A stretch of 64,000 bases of DNA from Dimorphilus gyrociliatus (taxonomy: Eukaryota; Animalia; Annelida), in the NCBI GenBank assembly GCA_904063045.1, contig CAJFCJ010000005.1, positions 2,247,988-2,311,987 of the forward strand, read 5' to 3'. Made by a program: the position numbers and the translations under genes. The notes below the pieces were generated by a model. The model worked only from the letters and a program-made list of their open reading frames with translations, was not told where the DNA came from and searched no databases. This document shows positions 1 to 14,641 of this stretch, piece by piece. Each line of letters starts with the position of its first letter. Within the stretch, counting starts at the first letter, position 1.

Positions 1-642
1 AGCAATTCTAATGAATTGAATTATTCTGGTTTGAAAATGTGATAAAACTAATAAATATAATAATAAACAATAAATAATAATGTATCACCCAAAGCTGTCA
101 ACACAATTCATTAATTCCGCTTTGTTTTTAATCTTTTTTTTTGGAATATGGTTTTAAGCTAATCTTTTTAATGATAGATTGTTATTATTATTATTATTAT
201 GTTTTTTTTTTTGGACTTGTTAACCTATTTATCAAATTATTCAGATATCTATTAACATATACAGTATACTGATGTATATATATATATATATAAACATATA
301 TCTATACAGTATATGTTAATAAATGACAATAATATACATGGCAGCCATATAAATATATGTACATAATATCAACAAATGTTTAAAGAATGTTCTAACTGAA
401 TTAAGAAGAAATCCATAAGTTACCTAGAAAATAAATAGAACAAATTTTCGTTACCTAACACCAAAGTAATACCTACATAAAAAAAGAAACAATAAGTAGA
501 GCGTTAACGACAACTTCAACAGAAAAAACTTAACTTGAAAATTATTATAAAAATGATTCAAAATAACAAGCAAATAACAATCAACAATTAACAAAAGTAA
601 CAAGTGATAGCTCTCTATTGTACAATAATAAGATAATAATAG

Positions 643-678
643 AGAGCGAGGGAGAGAGAGAGAGAGAGAGAGAGAGAC
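643..678. repeat. (GA)n microsatellite
   Basis: Direct reading: gagagcgagggagagagag... run downstream of the 719-1982 gene stop. Confidence 0.9.
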
Positions 679-718
679 TAAAGATTAGAAAGTTTTTGGT
701 TTTACAATCGAATGTTCT

Positions 719-1982
719 TTAATCTAATTCGACTTGCCAAAATTCTGGTACGCTTCTAGATACTCGGTACTCGTCTAATTTAGATGGATTTCGTTTGATT
801 GGAATAGCCGATTCTGTAAATTCTACACTTTCTATATCGGCGTCGTAATCGTTTATATCGGTTGATTCGTTATTACGACTTCTTCTGATAGAAGGATTCG
901 TTCGGCTGGAAGAATATGGTGGTATGGTGGACGTTGATCCAAAATCTTTCGTTAACCGCTTCAAACGATTTCTTCTACGTTTTTGTTGGCGTTCAACTGA
1001 AATAAAACAATTTATTGTATTTAGACATGTGAAAATATGAATATTATGTTAATAAATGTTAATTTGATTGATAAAAATGCGTAAGAAACCCGAATGTAAA
1101 CAAAGAAATGTATCGGAACTTTTGCGTAAAATTTAAATAATTAACGGGTATTTGTCCCACTTATTGTTTTTCAAGATGGCTAAGTAGCGAACCCACCCTT
1201 TTTAATTGAGAGGTATCTCGTAAACAACCCCAAATATTGATATAAATGAAGACAATTTCTTTTCAATACAACCTCGATGAATTAATTAGTAATTAATTAA
1301 TTGAGTTTAATTAAAAAAAATTTAAATATCGGCCTAAGAGTATTATTTTTTGAAAGTTTTTTTGGGAACGGCTAAGTCCCCAAGCGATTGCTAAGTCCGC
1401 CATTTATTTCCAAGAACTGCCCTGCACAAACATGGCGAGAAGTTAACACTTTTTTAAGGCGGGTTCAAGGTCAGTAATTAACTATTACCTGGCCAAACGG
1501 TATCATCAATGATTTTATAATTATCAGAGACATCCAAATTGGCGAATGCATCGCGCGCTTTTTCTTCTAGATCCTTTTCTGTCGTCGTAGAGTCTACGAA
1601 AGGTGTCAAAACGATGATAAGATCAGTTATAATATTCATACGTAGGTTAAATCATCAATAAAAGGAATTAAACTTACGATAGCTTAATCTTCGTCTCGCC
1701 TTTGAGGTGATATCCAACCTTCGTAAACTAAAAAACTCTTTAGGCTTCGGTTTGAGACTAGGAGTCCTTAGTAAGGGGAGTTTTTTTGGAGTTTGACAGC
1801 TATATATTCAACAGTAAACTTTCAAAATGATAAGAATAAGAATTTTAAGCTTACTTTAATAGTTCCTCCACGAAATGGTCGTTCTCTTCTTCCATGTGTA
1901 TATCGTTTCCTGATTGACGTATTTTAACCGGTGTTATTTGCTCTCCAGGGGTAACTTCAAAAACTTTTTCAGAAGCAAACAT
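719..1982 (-). CDS. Unknown 210-aa protein, 4 exons (1982-1855, 1799-1678, 1593-1489, 996-719); basic, with TP-x-K sites and an RRL motif
   Basis: All three introns are GT-AG and phase-compatible; exons sum to 633 nt = one open frame MFASEKVFEV...EFWQVELD*. No family recognised. Confidence 0.75.
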
Positions 1983-2657
1983 TCCCCACTTTATTCCTTA
2001 TTCACAATTCTATATAATAGACAATTTAACGTGAAAATATAGATTAAATAGAACGTATAATAAACGAAGCGTCCTGGATGGAGTACACAAACAGCTCAAC
2101 CGATGAGCAACAACTCTTTAAAAATACATTTTTATATTTTGAAAATACTCCTTTAATATATTAAATATTTTTAATATAAATTCTATTATTTTACATATTA
2201 ATTCTATAAATATCCAGACCCATATTCAACAAAACTCGCACATAATTACCTCTTCCTAGAACTCCCTCCGGCGCCGAAGCTAATTATAGTTTCCCTGACG
2301 CCGGGGATTTAAAAGTCAAATTTTAGACACAGAATACAATTTGCAATGGTTGCTGTGTCATTGCGTAACGTCATTTTCCTTCCAAATGAGTACTAGCCGT
2401 TCGCGTGTTTTATTAACTCCGTACTTAATCTCATAATTTCCGTTATAAAAAAAATTTTAATTTTTTCAAGTAATAAAAATTATTATTTTATTTTTATGCT
2501 AAAATATTTTTATCTTTAAAAGGAAAATTTAAAAAAAATACAAAAATAAACAAACAATAACAAGAGCATAAAAGCTGTCTATATTTTTTCTTCATCTTAA
2601 TCGAAATTGAGTTATTGGTTGAACAAACTTAAAAAAAAATACAATGTCTTCCAGCCT

Positions 2658-5600
2658 TTAACGTTTTGGCTTAGTGCTGAAAATGAAATGAAATCAATTT
2701 GAGTATTTAGAGAGTTTTCTTTTGTATCTTTGTGTAAAAAACTTACTTTTGATCGTAATGAGGAACGAAAGGCACTTGATTCCTTGGATTTTTTGACATG
2801 TATTGTTGCTGCTGATTTAGAACCATTCGCTTTCTTTCGTTACTTTCGGCTGGTGTCAAGTGCATGGGTCCTCCCCATGAAGGGGTGGTCGTTAATTGCA
2901 TATTTGTCACCTAATTGAGGAGAATATGTAAAAAAGACTAATCAATAATGAGATTATTATTTTATTACCTTTACGGGAACGTGCATTTTGAAAGATCCTA
3001 TGCCAGGAAGTGTTGCGTCAAATGTTGCATGAGTTGATACTTGGTTATTATTTGGGCTGGCGTTGACTTGATCGAGAAAATAAATATCTGCTTTAGCTCT
3101 TTCCTCATCATTAATAGATAAACCATCAATGACATGAAGTGATGGAACTCTATATACCAGCGCTGGTCTGTGTAAGTGCCTTCGTGCACAAGGATTATTA
3201 ATTAAAGAAATCTCTACAAGATTTAATAAAGGTTCTAATTTGTCAAGCTCTACCATCTCCGATATTCTATTATTAGCCAAGAATAATCGTTGTAGGTGTT
3301 GTAAATTGCCGAAATTGGATAAATCTTTTAAGCGGTTATCATCCATATGCAATTCATTGAGTTTCCATTGGGACACAAGCGAATTCTCGGCTAGAGATTT
3401 TATTCTATTTCTATCTAGAACAAGAGATCTGAGACCAGTGAGATTGTCCAAACCGCATACCTTGGAAATTTCATTGCCTTGCAGAAAAACAGATTTCAAT
3501 GACGGTATCCTGTTTAAACCTAATAAAGCTAAATCTTTGATTCCGTTATAGCCGAGATGAAGCACTTCGAGTGTAGGTAATATTGGTTTGTCATCTGCCT
3601 CTATATCATGTACAAGTTTTGTTTGGAACTTGGAGGGTTTACTGACAGGTATAACACTTTCAATTTTGTTATAGTTTAAACATATAACTTTTATATTCGG
3701 CAAATTAGTCAGCCCTGCCAAATTTGTCAAGTTATTATGCTCTAAGTTAATACTTTTCAAATTTACAAAAGTTTTTGCATTTCCCAAATCTACTTGCTTA
3801 AAATTTGAATTGGCAACTTCCAACTCTTTCAATTCCACAAAATTGGAATGACCTAACCGTTCAACAACAATATCTTGCGTTAATTTACCGCCAAATTCAT
3901 CTTTTGCCGCATTAGCTTCAATAATTTCAACTGCTTTTCCATCAAGAGCTCTTAGATTTTTCAAATGATAAACAATAAACAGTCTATAATTATCAACTAG
4001 CTTGACTATTGGATTACCCAACAGATCTAATACCGTAAGATTATTCAATGGCTTCAATTTAAATAATTCTCTTCCACAGTCTATTTTATTTGATCCCAGA
4101 TACAAATGCTTCAGTTCTGCTAATCTCTGTAAACCATGAAGGTTAGCTAGCATATTATTATCTGCCGCTAGATATTGTAAAGATACTAGTCCATGTGTAC
4201 CTTCCAGAGAGTGAATATAATTGTGACTAAGCTCCAGATGTTTTAAATTTTTTAAATTAGATACATTTTCCAATTTTGTCAAACAATTATAGTTTAGACA
4301 TAATTCCTCCAAACAATAACAATTTTCCAGTCCTTCTATCTTTGTTAAATCATTGTCATTAAAGCTGGCCCATTTAAGACTTTCTAGCCTTTCTAAATTT
4401 GACAATTTACTGATGTGCTGACCATCAAGATTCAATGATGTTATGCAATTTAACCATTGGTCTCCACCATTTGATTCAATAGACCTTCCTAAGTCGTGTA
4501 ATATATGGCATATACTTTGCAACCTTAATGATCTAGGTAGAGAGTCGTCCATTCGTCCATTTTTCAAAAGCAATTGTTGATTAATTCTCGAAGCTGCCGC
4601 TGCTTGAAAAGCTAACTTTTTCTCATCCTCTTTCACTTCTCTTCCATCCAATATGATTAAATTTCGCAATCGACCTATCGCCCTAAATCTTACTGTATCC
4701 TCTTTTTGCCACGGATTATATCTTAAATCCAAATGAGTTAGACCCTCGCAGTGTTTGCGCAATATAGATATATCTTCCCTGCTATTACGTAGTCGGTTCC
4801 AAGAAGCGTTCAAGGTTAGTAATTGATGCAAATTTTTAACACCTTCTAGAGTACCTATTCTATTGAAGCTTATGTCCAGATATTCCAAATTTAAGTTGTT
4901 AACTTCGTCAATTCTGGACAAGTCGTTAAAGCTGAGTATTAACTTTCGCAAAGATACGCAATTCTTGAAGGAAGTTAATCGGGTTAAATTTGATCCGTGC
5001 AAGTTAAGTACAGTTAAAAATGATAAATCCGAGTATCCTGTTAAATCTCGTATATCGCGCTCTGTAATCACAGATAACTTTGGTAGGCTCTCATAATCTT
5101 CCGGAAGATTCTTGATAATCTCTTCGTCTAATTTTAGTCCAGATGAATTAGAGTTATCTATTAGGGCCTTGTTTAATCTTGTTGGAAAAATACAAATCAG
5201 TATATCATTTATGTTTAAATAGGGAGCTTTAATATTTACCTTAAGTAAACTGAAGATTCAGTACAGCCGGAGAAAGGGGTAGGATTAGGTAAAATTGTTT
5301 CGTACTCGAAATCAATTAAAAATTCTGGAACGACTAATCTTCTTTCGAATGAAAACCAATTGGCATGTCTGGATGTACATTCGCATGAAGTTACTCTTGG
5401 AGTAGAGGCAGTTGATGATGGAGCATTCAAAATCTTGTTAGTTGCCGCAAGTGAAACGCCTATGCAGAAGCAATAGCTTATTAGTACATAAAATCAATGA
5501 AATACAATTAAAACTCCTACTTGCGTTAGAGCATTCAGTTCTAGGCTGATATACGGAATCAGCGCTCTTGAACGCATCTCTTGATATACTAAAAAAATAC

Positions 5601-8324
5601 AGTAAAGCTTTAGTTATATACGGTATACTATAAAATACTATAAAATATACTTTTCGCCGTTTGAGTGCTGCACAGATTGTCCTAGAAATACTTTACACAG
5701 CATGACTTGACCTGCACAATGATTATTAAATGATTATCAATGGGCTTAACCAAATAGGCTTTATATAACAAAGTTGTATATTAACCGAATCTAAATGGGC
5801 AAGGATCATGGCATTTGCCTAAATTTTTTAATAAGGACTTTATTCTTTCAACATCGGCTAGCCATAGAGAATTAGCTAATGGGATAATCTCATTTTCGGC
5901 TGGAATACCATCTTCAGCTAACCGTATTAAGCCTTGAGAGCATACTGAAGGATTCCAAACGTAAAAGAAAAATTCAGTTAATTTTCTTGTTGCGGACGAA
6001 CTTTGTTCTTCTTCTCCCAGCTTTTTCATCAAAGTATCGTCATATAATTGATTTAATATTCTTTTCGTAGTAATATATAAAGTTTTTATTAGTTATTATC
6101 TGGGACATTTTTATAGTTATATATTTACCTATTATGAACTCTTATAATACTTTTAACCTTCACACCTTTAACGTTAATAGAATTATAATCGTTCAAACAG
6201 AATCTTGCTTGAATAAGATTTTCAACGTGTTTTAGCCAAACACTATCTTTGTTACCGTATTCAAATCGAACATTACCACCAGTTTCAAGTTCGATTTTCT
6301 CCCGTTCTAAAGATTCTTCCGTCTTAATTACCCGATTCTCATGCACCTCAGCATATTGGGAATCGATACTATAAAAAATTAATAATATTTTATAATTATA
6401 AATTTGTATTTCTTGTTTATATTTTATGTTTTTACTCATTTAATTTCTCTTCCCATTGCTTAAAATCAGATTGTAAATCTTCAATTTTATTTGATATAGC
6501 TTTTACCCGGTCTTCTTCGTTATCCTCGGAAGTTTTTATGTTTATCTTATCTATTTGAAGTTCGTGCTTGAATGGTAAAGAAAAAGAATTTATTATAATT
6601 ATTATTAAATATTAATTGCGTGCTTATTGTTATTTAATAAAAGACTCTTACAGCTCTAACGACGTAGTTTAACGCAGTTAGTTTGGAATTTGGTAAATTA
6701 ATTAGTTGGCTTTTTATGTGATCTAGTCTTGTTATTTCTTCGTCCAAATTTCTTAAATGAGTTTGGATTCTCATATTATAAAACATTTTCTTTCTATCGA
6801 CAGTGGCCTCCGCTAATTCCAATGATTTATTCTGAATTATTTCACCATCTAATCTTTCTAGTTTTGGCATATGGAAAAGAATATGCGTAGCGTAATTGCA
6901 TAATTGACCAACTGGGCTTGGAGCGAATGTTGGTGTTCTGAGGCCTAATTCCCTTAAACTTTTCACTTCACACAAGCCAGTAAGTTCCTGCGAAAGAAAA
7001 AGAAAATAAATATATATTATTATGACGAAATAATCGATTTTCGTTTCTATTCAAAGACTAATCATAAATCTAAAAGGTTGTTTGAAGCAGGTAGTAAATG
7101 TACAAAAACTCTTTTTTTTATGAGGTAATACTTTAAAAGATTTCTTTTTTTTGTTCCTTTTACGTTTAATTTCTATCCAATTTATAGATAAGAAATTCAA
7201 TTATAATTATTTCTTTATATGTTATTTCTATTACCTCATAAAGTATGGAATAATAGGAATTTTTTATTGTCAATGGTTATTGTGCTCTTCATATTGTTTT
7301 TTTATATTTTAATTTTCCATGAAGGAAGGAATTTTTGTTTGTTTAAAAAAAGCAACTCACCTTAGTATCCTGATATATTATTTTGTTTATTTACATATGT
7401 TTTTATATACATAATATGTACAAATGTTTTTATTGATACAATACAATATATCGATAATACATACTTTAAAGCTATAAATAGCATTTCCAGACAATTCAAG
7501 TATTCTTAAATGATCTAAATGCATAAATTTATCTCCAATTTTACTTATTCTATTCTCTGCTAAGTTTAAATCCATCAGCATTTTCAAGTTATCCAAACCC
7601 TATTTGTATTGGAAACTAGAAAATATATAAAAACAAGATTAACGTTTCTAACAAACCTCAATATTGGTTATTTTATTTTTATGCAACCATAACACTTCCA
7701 AATTTGATAAGTGGCTTAGATTTTCAATTTGTTCAATTTCATTACTATATAAATATAATTTTACCAAATTGATATTTTTGTCTAGATTTTCTATTCGCTA
7801 TATAAAAAATATTTATTATAATCGTAGACAACAATACAAACAACTTTTTCTTAGAATAAAAACCTTTATATTGGCTTCGGCAATCCATAATTCGGTTAAA
7901 AATACAAGATTGTCTAGACCTTTTATTTCAGAAATGGATTGTGAAACAAGGCATAACGTCTATATGAATGGAATAAAAAAAGAACATTTTTTAGAAATAA
8001 AGGAATAAAAAGGGAAAAAAATTATATCTTTATACTCTCAAATTTGTAAATTGTCTTAATCCTACTATAGTTGGAAAACCAGAAAAGAACATTTCCAACA
8101 GTTCAACCTTATTGGCTTCTTCGGCTAAATTTTCAAGTGAAATTCCATTGCATATACACTAGATATTTGTATTATTTTTTAAATCATAAAAATTGATCAT
8201 TAGTATAAATAAATGTGACAAAAATTATTTTTATATTTTAATGAATTAAGCTTAAACTAACCAATTCCTTTAAAATAGTTTCTTCATCCATTTTCTCGAC
8301 TTTCTTTATTACTGATTCACCCAT
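2658..8324 (-). CDS. LRRC9: Leucine-rich repeat-containing protein 9, multi-exon; includes the ~2.2 kb exon behind ORF 2957-5071 and two extra 3' exons (VTNMQL..., NTKPKR*)
   Basis: Spliced N-terminus MGESV...ILKELCICNGISLE...LEMFFSGFPTIVGL and PVGQLCNYATHILFHMPKLERLD match recalled LRRC9 segments; many SDS22-type LRRs. Confidence 0.93.
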
Positions 8325-8472
8325 CTTTTAAGCAAATATTAGCGTTTTATAGTATTAAAAATATATTATCCATTCGATTAAGTACTTAATATGTTTAGCA
8401 GTATGATATCGCTGCACATGTTTACATTATCTTATACCATTCCATTCAAAGAACAGAGATTGGACGTGAAGG

Positions 8473-8529
8473 GTCACGTGACAACTTCTCCCTAGCAACA
8501 CGACGCACTGTGAGAGCGACATCTAGCGG
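8473..8529. promoter_or_regulatory. LRRC9 upstream motif cluster: E-box palindrome GTCACGTGAC (8473-8482), RFX half X-box CCTAGCAAC (8491-8499), CTCF-like CCGCTAGATGTCGC (minus, 8516-8529)
   Basis: Motifs read directly 150-200 nt upstream of the LRRC9 ATG in an otherwise AT-rich stretch; function inferred. Confidence 0.55.
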
Positions 8530-9078
8530 ATTGTGAAATATAATAAGTCTCATTTTATAAGCATAAACAATAGAACATTGTCATTAAATTAGACAAGTAT
8601 TGTGGATATATTTTTCTGTAGGAAATCGACAAAATATAACTCATAAAGAATTAAAAATCGAATATATATCAACAAGAGCGGGGGCTTATTTTCGGATAAT
8701 CAACTTGATATTATCTTGTTCCAAGTATAATAATTAAGGAAATTATAATAAAAGGGTAGAACTCAAAAGAATACAATTAATTAGCTTAAAGTAAAGATTA
8801 TATTTCAATATCCTATTTTATTTTTATATCAACATTATCATTGCAAGAGACAGTAGTATATAGATATAAATGATTTATTAGTGTATATATGAAATTAATC
8901 ACTTTAAAATGGTACTTTTTTTCTTTATCAAAGAAGTAATCAAAGACATTTAGTATTTAATAAGAAAAACAATCAATCACAGTCAATCGCTTGATGGAAA
9001 AATAACAAATGTGGTCAGTCACCTATTTTATAGTCATGGAAAGAGAAAAGAACTGTAAAATCGGTCTGAGTTCAACGA

Positions 9079-12000
9079 TCATGATGAAAATGTTAATTTG
9101 AATACTTCTAATTCCATCGGAGCTATTTCTACAGGTAATTTATTAAATTCTATTGGTTTGTCATCCCATAATAAGTTTAGGCTAGTTGTTTTAACTTCAG
9201 ATAAATGGTACGAGGCTGAGAATAACTTTCCTAAGTTTATCTGAAAAGATGAAAAGAAAAACATTAATTCTTATTAAATTAAAATTCATTTTTCTAATGA
9301 CCTTTCCACCACCAGGAGTACAAAATAATCCTCGAGATTTGAAGCCACAGTTTGGAGCAGTTCTATGTAGAATGAGGGCATAATTATTACGATTTTTAAG
9401 ATCACTTCGTAAGTTAACAGCGTGTAATTCACAATTTAATGGTTGGTTTAAAGTTGTAACGAAATGTTTTATCTGAGGGGAATTAATACTTGATTTTGCA
9501 GGCAAGACAAATATAGAATGTATAAGATCATCTGACAGCTTTGATGCCGTTAGCGATGCAAAACCAGTCGATTGAGCATTGGTTCCTGAGGAAATTCTCT
9601 TCTCTAGGAGAAATCTAAACCTATGAGGAGTTCTCTTATTATCTAACACTCCTTGACCCAAACCCCGATTATCATCTTGTTTCATTCGTCGATCTTGCAT
9701 AATTTCTAACCAACCAGTATGTAAACTAGCACAGCCTAAACTTTGCCCTGTAAGCACAGTAAATCTTTTATTCTTATCTTCCATGTAAGCCATAGTAGCC
9801 ATGGGATAAAAGTTTCCTTGTAGTGGTATTTTGCTAAAGTATCTTCTCTTTTGCATCTAGATTATATACATATATATAAAGCTATTTCGTAAGACGTTTC
9901 TATTTCAAACAGTACCTGAAAACCGTTTAGATCAGTAAAATACTCGTTATCTTCGTTCTGTATATCTGTAACAATTCTCATACCCAATTCATAATTTTGC
10001 TCTGATCTAATATCAACTATATTTTCGATCTCTACTCCAAGATTTTTCATATCTAAGATAAATGTAGACAGGGAAATATATAAAACGTATAAATGTGTAA
10101 TTTATCGATTATTGTACTAATAAGAGTAAAAATCTATATATTTAAATGCTTACCACCAGCATTTTCAACTCTTATTTTATGTTCAACATTTTTCATGAAA
10201 GAATTCACTTCAGAGGATAAAGGTCCTTTTGTTGATCGGACAAATACAGACGGCGAAGATAATTGCTAGAAGAGGAAAGAAAAATAAGGAAGCTATAAAA
10301 ATATCCTTTCGCTTTGTTGTCTATTATTTGCTAAGAATCGATACCTTAGCCAGGCCATCTGGTAAGAATAAATATGCTCCCGATTTCTCTTTAGTTCCCC
10401 TTGTTCCATAATAAATAAATTCTACTTTCACTTGTGAAGTTATATCATCTAATTTATTCTTAATTTCCTACAAAATTTCATAAATATTTTATTAATACAA
10501 CAGACTTAATTTAATAGATTATAAAGTAAAATCAGAATTAAGTTTCCAACCTGCAAAGTACCAGTATTCCTAGAGATTTTTATTGAAATTTCTCTATTCT
10601 CCAAAGTGACGTCACTCCTATCGGATTGGTAGTCAAATATTTTCCTGATGAAGGGGAAACGCAGTGTGATTAATGTTAGATATATTTAGATTTATTTAAT
10701 AATAATATTAATTTTTTACAGAAAAGAAGTAAATTAATAAGCTTACTGGTAATTGTTACCCGAGCTATGAAAATATATTTTAGCTAAGGAATGTAATTGA
10801 TTTTCTCCTCGTCCAGCTTTCTCTATAGAATATCTAACCATCCCAAGGCCACCAACAGTTACTACAAATAGCAGCTAATTTGAGAGAAAAGAGTATAAAA
10901 AACCAGTTTTATTGCGGATTATTACCTAAATTATTAAATAATTAATTACCTTGAATTGATCTGTACTATATTGTTCGTTATTTGTCCAGACGGGATTACA
11001 TTGAGATTGAATAATTTGACCAAATTCATTTTTGACTATAGCGTACGGGCTATTTACCCAAATTGAAACAATAACTGATCTATTGCTAGCTAAAGAATTA
11101 TAGAAAACGACGTAGCGCTCGTTTGCCGAGGAGAGCTTGATTATTTGCTTTTCTGGTATTGAATCTTGACTTTGTCTTGTTTCGTCTAAAGTGAAAACAT
11201 CATTTCCATCGGACATTAAATATTCTGTCGATTTTTGTATAATTTTCTTCGTATTTTCCAAACTTTTCAACAATTTCATTGCGTAATCAACAACGACAAA
11301 ATCTTTTTCAGTACCCGTAATTGCATCGTGATGCTGAAATAAGGCTAAAGAACGTCTAGAGAATGTTAACATTTCAGCCATGTTTTTATCTGAGTCGAAA
11401 ATCGATTTCTTGGTATCAGCTATTCTTGCTAAGGAGTAAGCTATTTCGGCGGCTCGCAAATGAGCTTCAACTATTCTATCCATTCGTTTATAGAAAGGTC
11501 TTGACGTAAAATAGCCGCTCCAATAATGGTCGTCTCTATCTGCATATGTAAAGAAATCACCGCCGAGAATTGGATAGTTATCGGGTCTCTCCCCCCTTTT
11601 GACTTTTTCCCTATTAGCTAATGCTTCGAAATAATCTCTTAAAGTGCCAAATTTTGCCTCAACATGCCAGTCCGATTTAGCATTCATATAATCAAACAGT
11701 TTCTGATAATTGTTGTATTGGTTGTCCCACTCGTCTGGCTTATCGTAACGAAAATCATCGCCTAAAGGAATTAGGACAACGTCACTTTTGTATAAAGATG
11801 CCTTCTTTCTATATTGATCTAACAACGTCTCAGCTCTGTAGTGCAACAAATGAGATGATTTAGAAAACGAAACTAATGGATTTTGTTGAAAGGTCACTTA
11901 CTTTTGTGCAACGTTACCGTCAGTGATTGGAACGGGAGCAATTCTCCAAGGGCAAGCAATCTTTCCACCTGGTAATCTCTTAAAATCGTACTGGCAACAA

Positions 12001-14410
12001 ATTTTCGGATCTGGTCCACAAGTATGCGGTACATCATACGAATAAAAAGGCATCATATGACAGAACATGTCTGTTTTTCCAGATAGATCTAATATAAAAA
12101 CAGAATATTATTCATAGAATATGCATTAAATTCTAGTAATTTCTTTTTTACCCCAATTTTGACGCCACATAAATTCCAAATTGGACTTTTCAGCTAAATA
12201 TTTTTTAATTGTATAATGAACACGCTGTATAAGCATATTTTTAAATCCAGTTTTCTTTAGTAAATACGCCATTGTAGAGGATTGACCGAAAGGATCTATT
12301 GACCAAGCGCTGTCGGGTCTTACTCCTACATTTTCAAATAGCCAATTATTTCCTTCAATTAATTGATCAAGCATCGCGCTGTAATGAGAATTTGCTTCAT
12401 CAGTCATAACCCAACCAGCCGTTGGCAATTCCAAGCGACCTTCATTAAGGAATCTAATAAAGAAGATTGAAAACATTTTACTTTTAAATTTAATAAAAAT
12501 ATTTATAGATTTTTTTTTTCACTACCTCTTTACTTTTTCCTTGGTCGCATCGTTTTGTTGACTCCACCAAGTACTAAAAAATGACATTTCCGCGTATATG
12601 AAAGTCATTTTACTATGCTGTTCTAATTTTTGTACCATGTTGTCTAGAATATGCCTTGTTTGATCTTGAAAGTATCTATCAAAGGTTTTTATCCATCCTT
12701 AGGTGAATAAATAACAAAATTATAAACGGATATGTTTCGTTAGAAATAAAAACCTGGATCGTTATGTGAGTGAGGTATTACGAAAACCTTCAAAGGTCTA
12801 TCTGTAGTCCACCTAGAGGGGGAATAAGTTATATCCCATCCCTGTTTCCAGACTCCACCATCGGGGTTACTAAAAGGCAGTGTGGCAAAAGTTTGCAACA
12901 TCTGCAAAAGAAAATTGTCATCAGGGAAAATGATAAGGAATTATAAAAAGAAAACAAACCTCAATATTAGGACCAACAGGATTAGGTTTCTCAGCTAACT
13001 CACAGGTATCAGGAGACAGTGTTATCCCAGTTTTCGAAAATTGAGTTTGATTTAGTAAAACAGGTTTATTTTCTTGCGGTTGTATGAATTTCTATCCGAT
13101 TGTAGATAAATATAAAAGAAATATATAATAAGTAAATATGACATAATATAATTTTGTTAAAATGATTCAACATAAAATATCTTGATAAAAGAGAGAAGAT
13201 TAGGGAAAACAAAAGCGAAAATTGAGAAAAACAATCAATAGTAATACCCTTTTTTTTAGCAATTAAACAAAGCTAAATTATTTTTGTAATTTGTTATGTC
13301 AAAGTAATAGTAATAAACGTAAGAAAACCAAAAAAAACACAATGTTTTTGTTAAATTATGAACAATATTAAAAAAAACAGATGACTAAAAAGATTCACCA
13401 TTGTATAATCTACCTTTTTATTGTTTTGTGATTTCTCAAATTGATCTACTAAATTCTGGAGGATGCGGGTAAATGGGTAAGAGTGGGTCAGTTTTCGTTT
13501 TTATGTGTTTTTTGTTTGGGTTATATAACGAAACGTATTGTTATAAAAAATTTTACTATAGTAATAATAAAAATAATCATAATGCCTAAGCTAGTAAAAA
13601 TAATTTACCTTCAATTTATCAACGTTAATATTATCTCCTTTCGATAGATCAGATAACATTTCCTTAATTCTTATGATTGTTTCGTGATTTTTCTTTAGTT
13701 CTTGTTCGATTTCCTGAATTTTCCATTCAATTTTATCAACTTCACCCTTTAATATCAGAAATTAGAATTAATTATGCAAGTACTAAAAGGATAGTTTATC
13801 TTATTGTACCATTTGTTTGATTCTGTATTTAGATTTCGTAGTACCATCCTGAACAAGAAGTATTGAAAATGAGTTGTTAAATTAACAAGAAAATAAACAA
13901 ATTGCGAAAAGAAAGCTTATATATAGACACAGACAATTATAATGCATATGGAATGAAAAGGATAAATGTATAAGTAGGTTCTATTAAGATATTATTGAAC
14001 ATGTAAGTTCAATTAACTAATTGGACGATTCTTCTGATTTTGAACTTTAACGTCGTTCTCTTTGAATAATTATTAATTTTTCATATTTCAATAATGCAAC
14101 ATGTAATTATGACATGAGATGAAGGACTGAAAGTTTTAATTTACATATTCTATGCTCTTTTACAAGTGTTATCTCTTGTAACTGGTTGATCTCATACGTT
14201 TGAAATTTTTATACTTTCTTGCTAAATATTATAATTATTCCAGCTAAAAGAGTGATCAAAACAGAGAAAAGACACTAATCATACTTAAAGACTTACATCT
14301 TGATCATTCATTACTCTAGGACTTGTTGTTGACGATTCTAACATTAAATACAGAGAAAAACATCCGACGCAGAACATAGCCGCTCCAAAAAAAGCAACGT
14401 TTCTCCTCAT
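9079..14410 (-). CDS. MAN2A1: Golgi alpha-mannosidase II (GH38), multi-exon type II membrane protein
   Basis: Signal anchor [24 protein letters not shown]; GH38 motifs [59 protein letters not shown]. Confidence 0.96.
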
Positions 14411-14574
14411 CTTTTCTTCCAATCTTCCAATCTATTATCACAGTAGGTCAAGGATGGTTGAAATAGTGTTTAATTTTCATTTCAGTCTATGACAAACGAT
14501 TAACTCTTCTCGATTTTCAAGTTTTCCTAAAAATATACAGTTTCTACAACGTATGAACAAGTAAACTCTTCAAA

Positions 14575-14641
14575 TACGCATGCGTACCGAAGCAGTCGAT
14601 ATTTTCGAAGTGTTACAGCTTCGCACTTAATTTTGACGTCA
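14575..14641. promoter_or_regulatory. Probable bidirectional promoter (MAN2A / 15269 gene): NRF1-type palindrome TACGCATGCGTA and CRE TGACGTCA
   Basis: Palindromes at 14575-14586 and 14634-14641 between divergent start codons. Confidence 0.5.

Noticed and set aside
1179-1398. CTTAGC(C) repeats on the minus strand, complementary to U2 nt 19-25
   Set aside because: Only 6-8 nt and no C/D or H/ACA box framework, unlike the 60333 guide.
10607-10614. TGACGTCA CRE palindrome inside the mannosidase gene
   Set aside because: It lies in a coding exon (SDVT), so it was not counted as regulatory.
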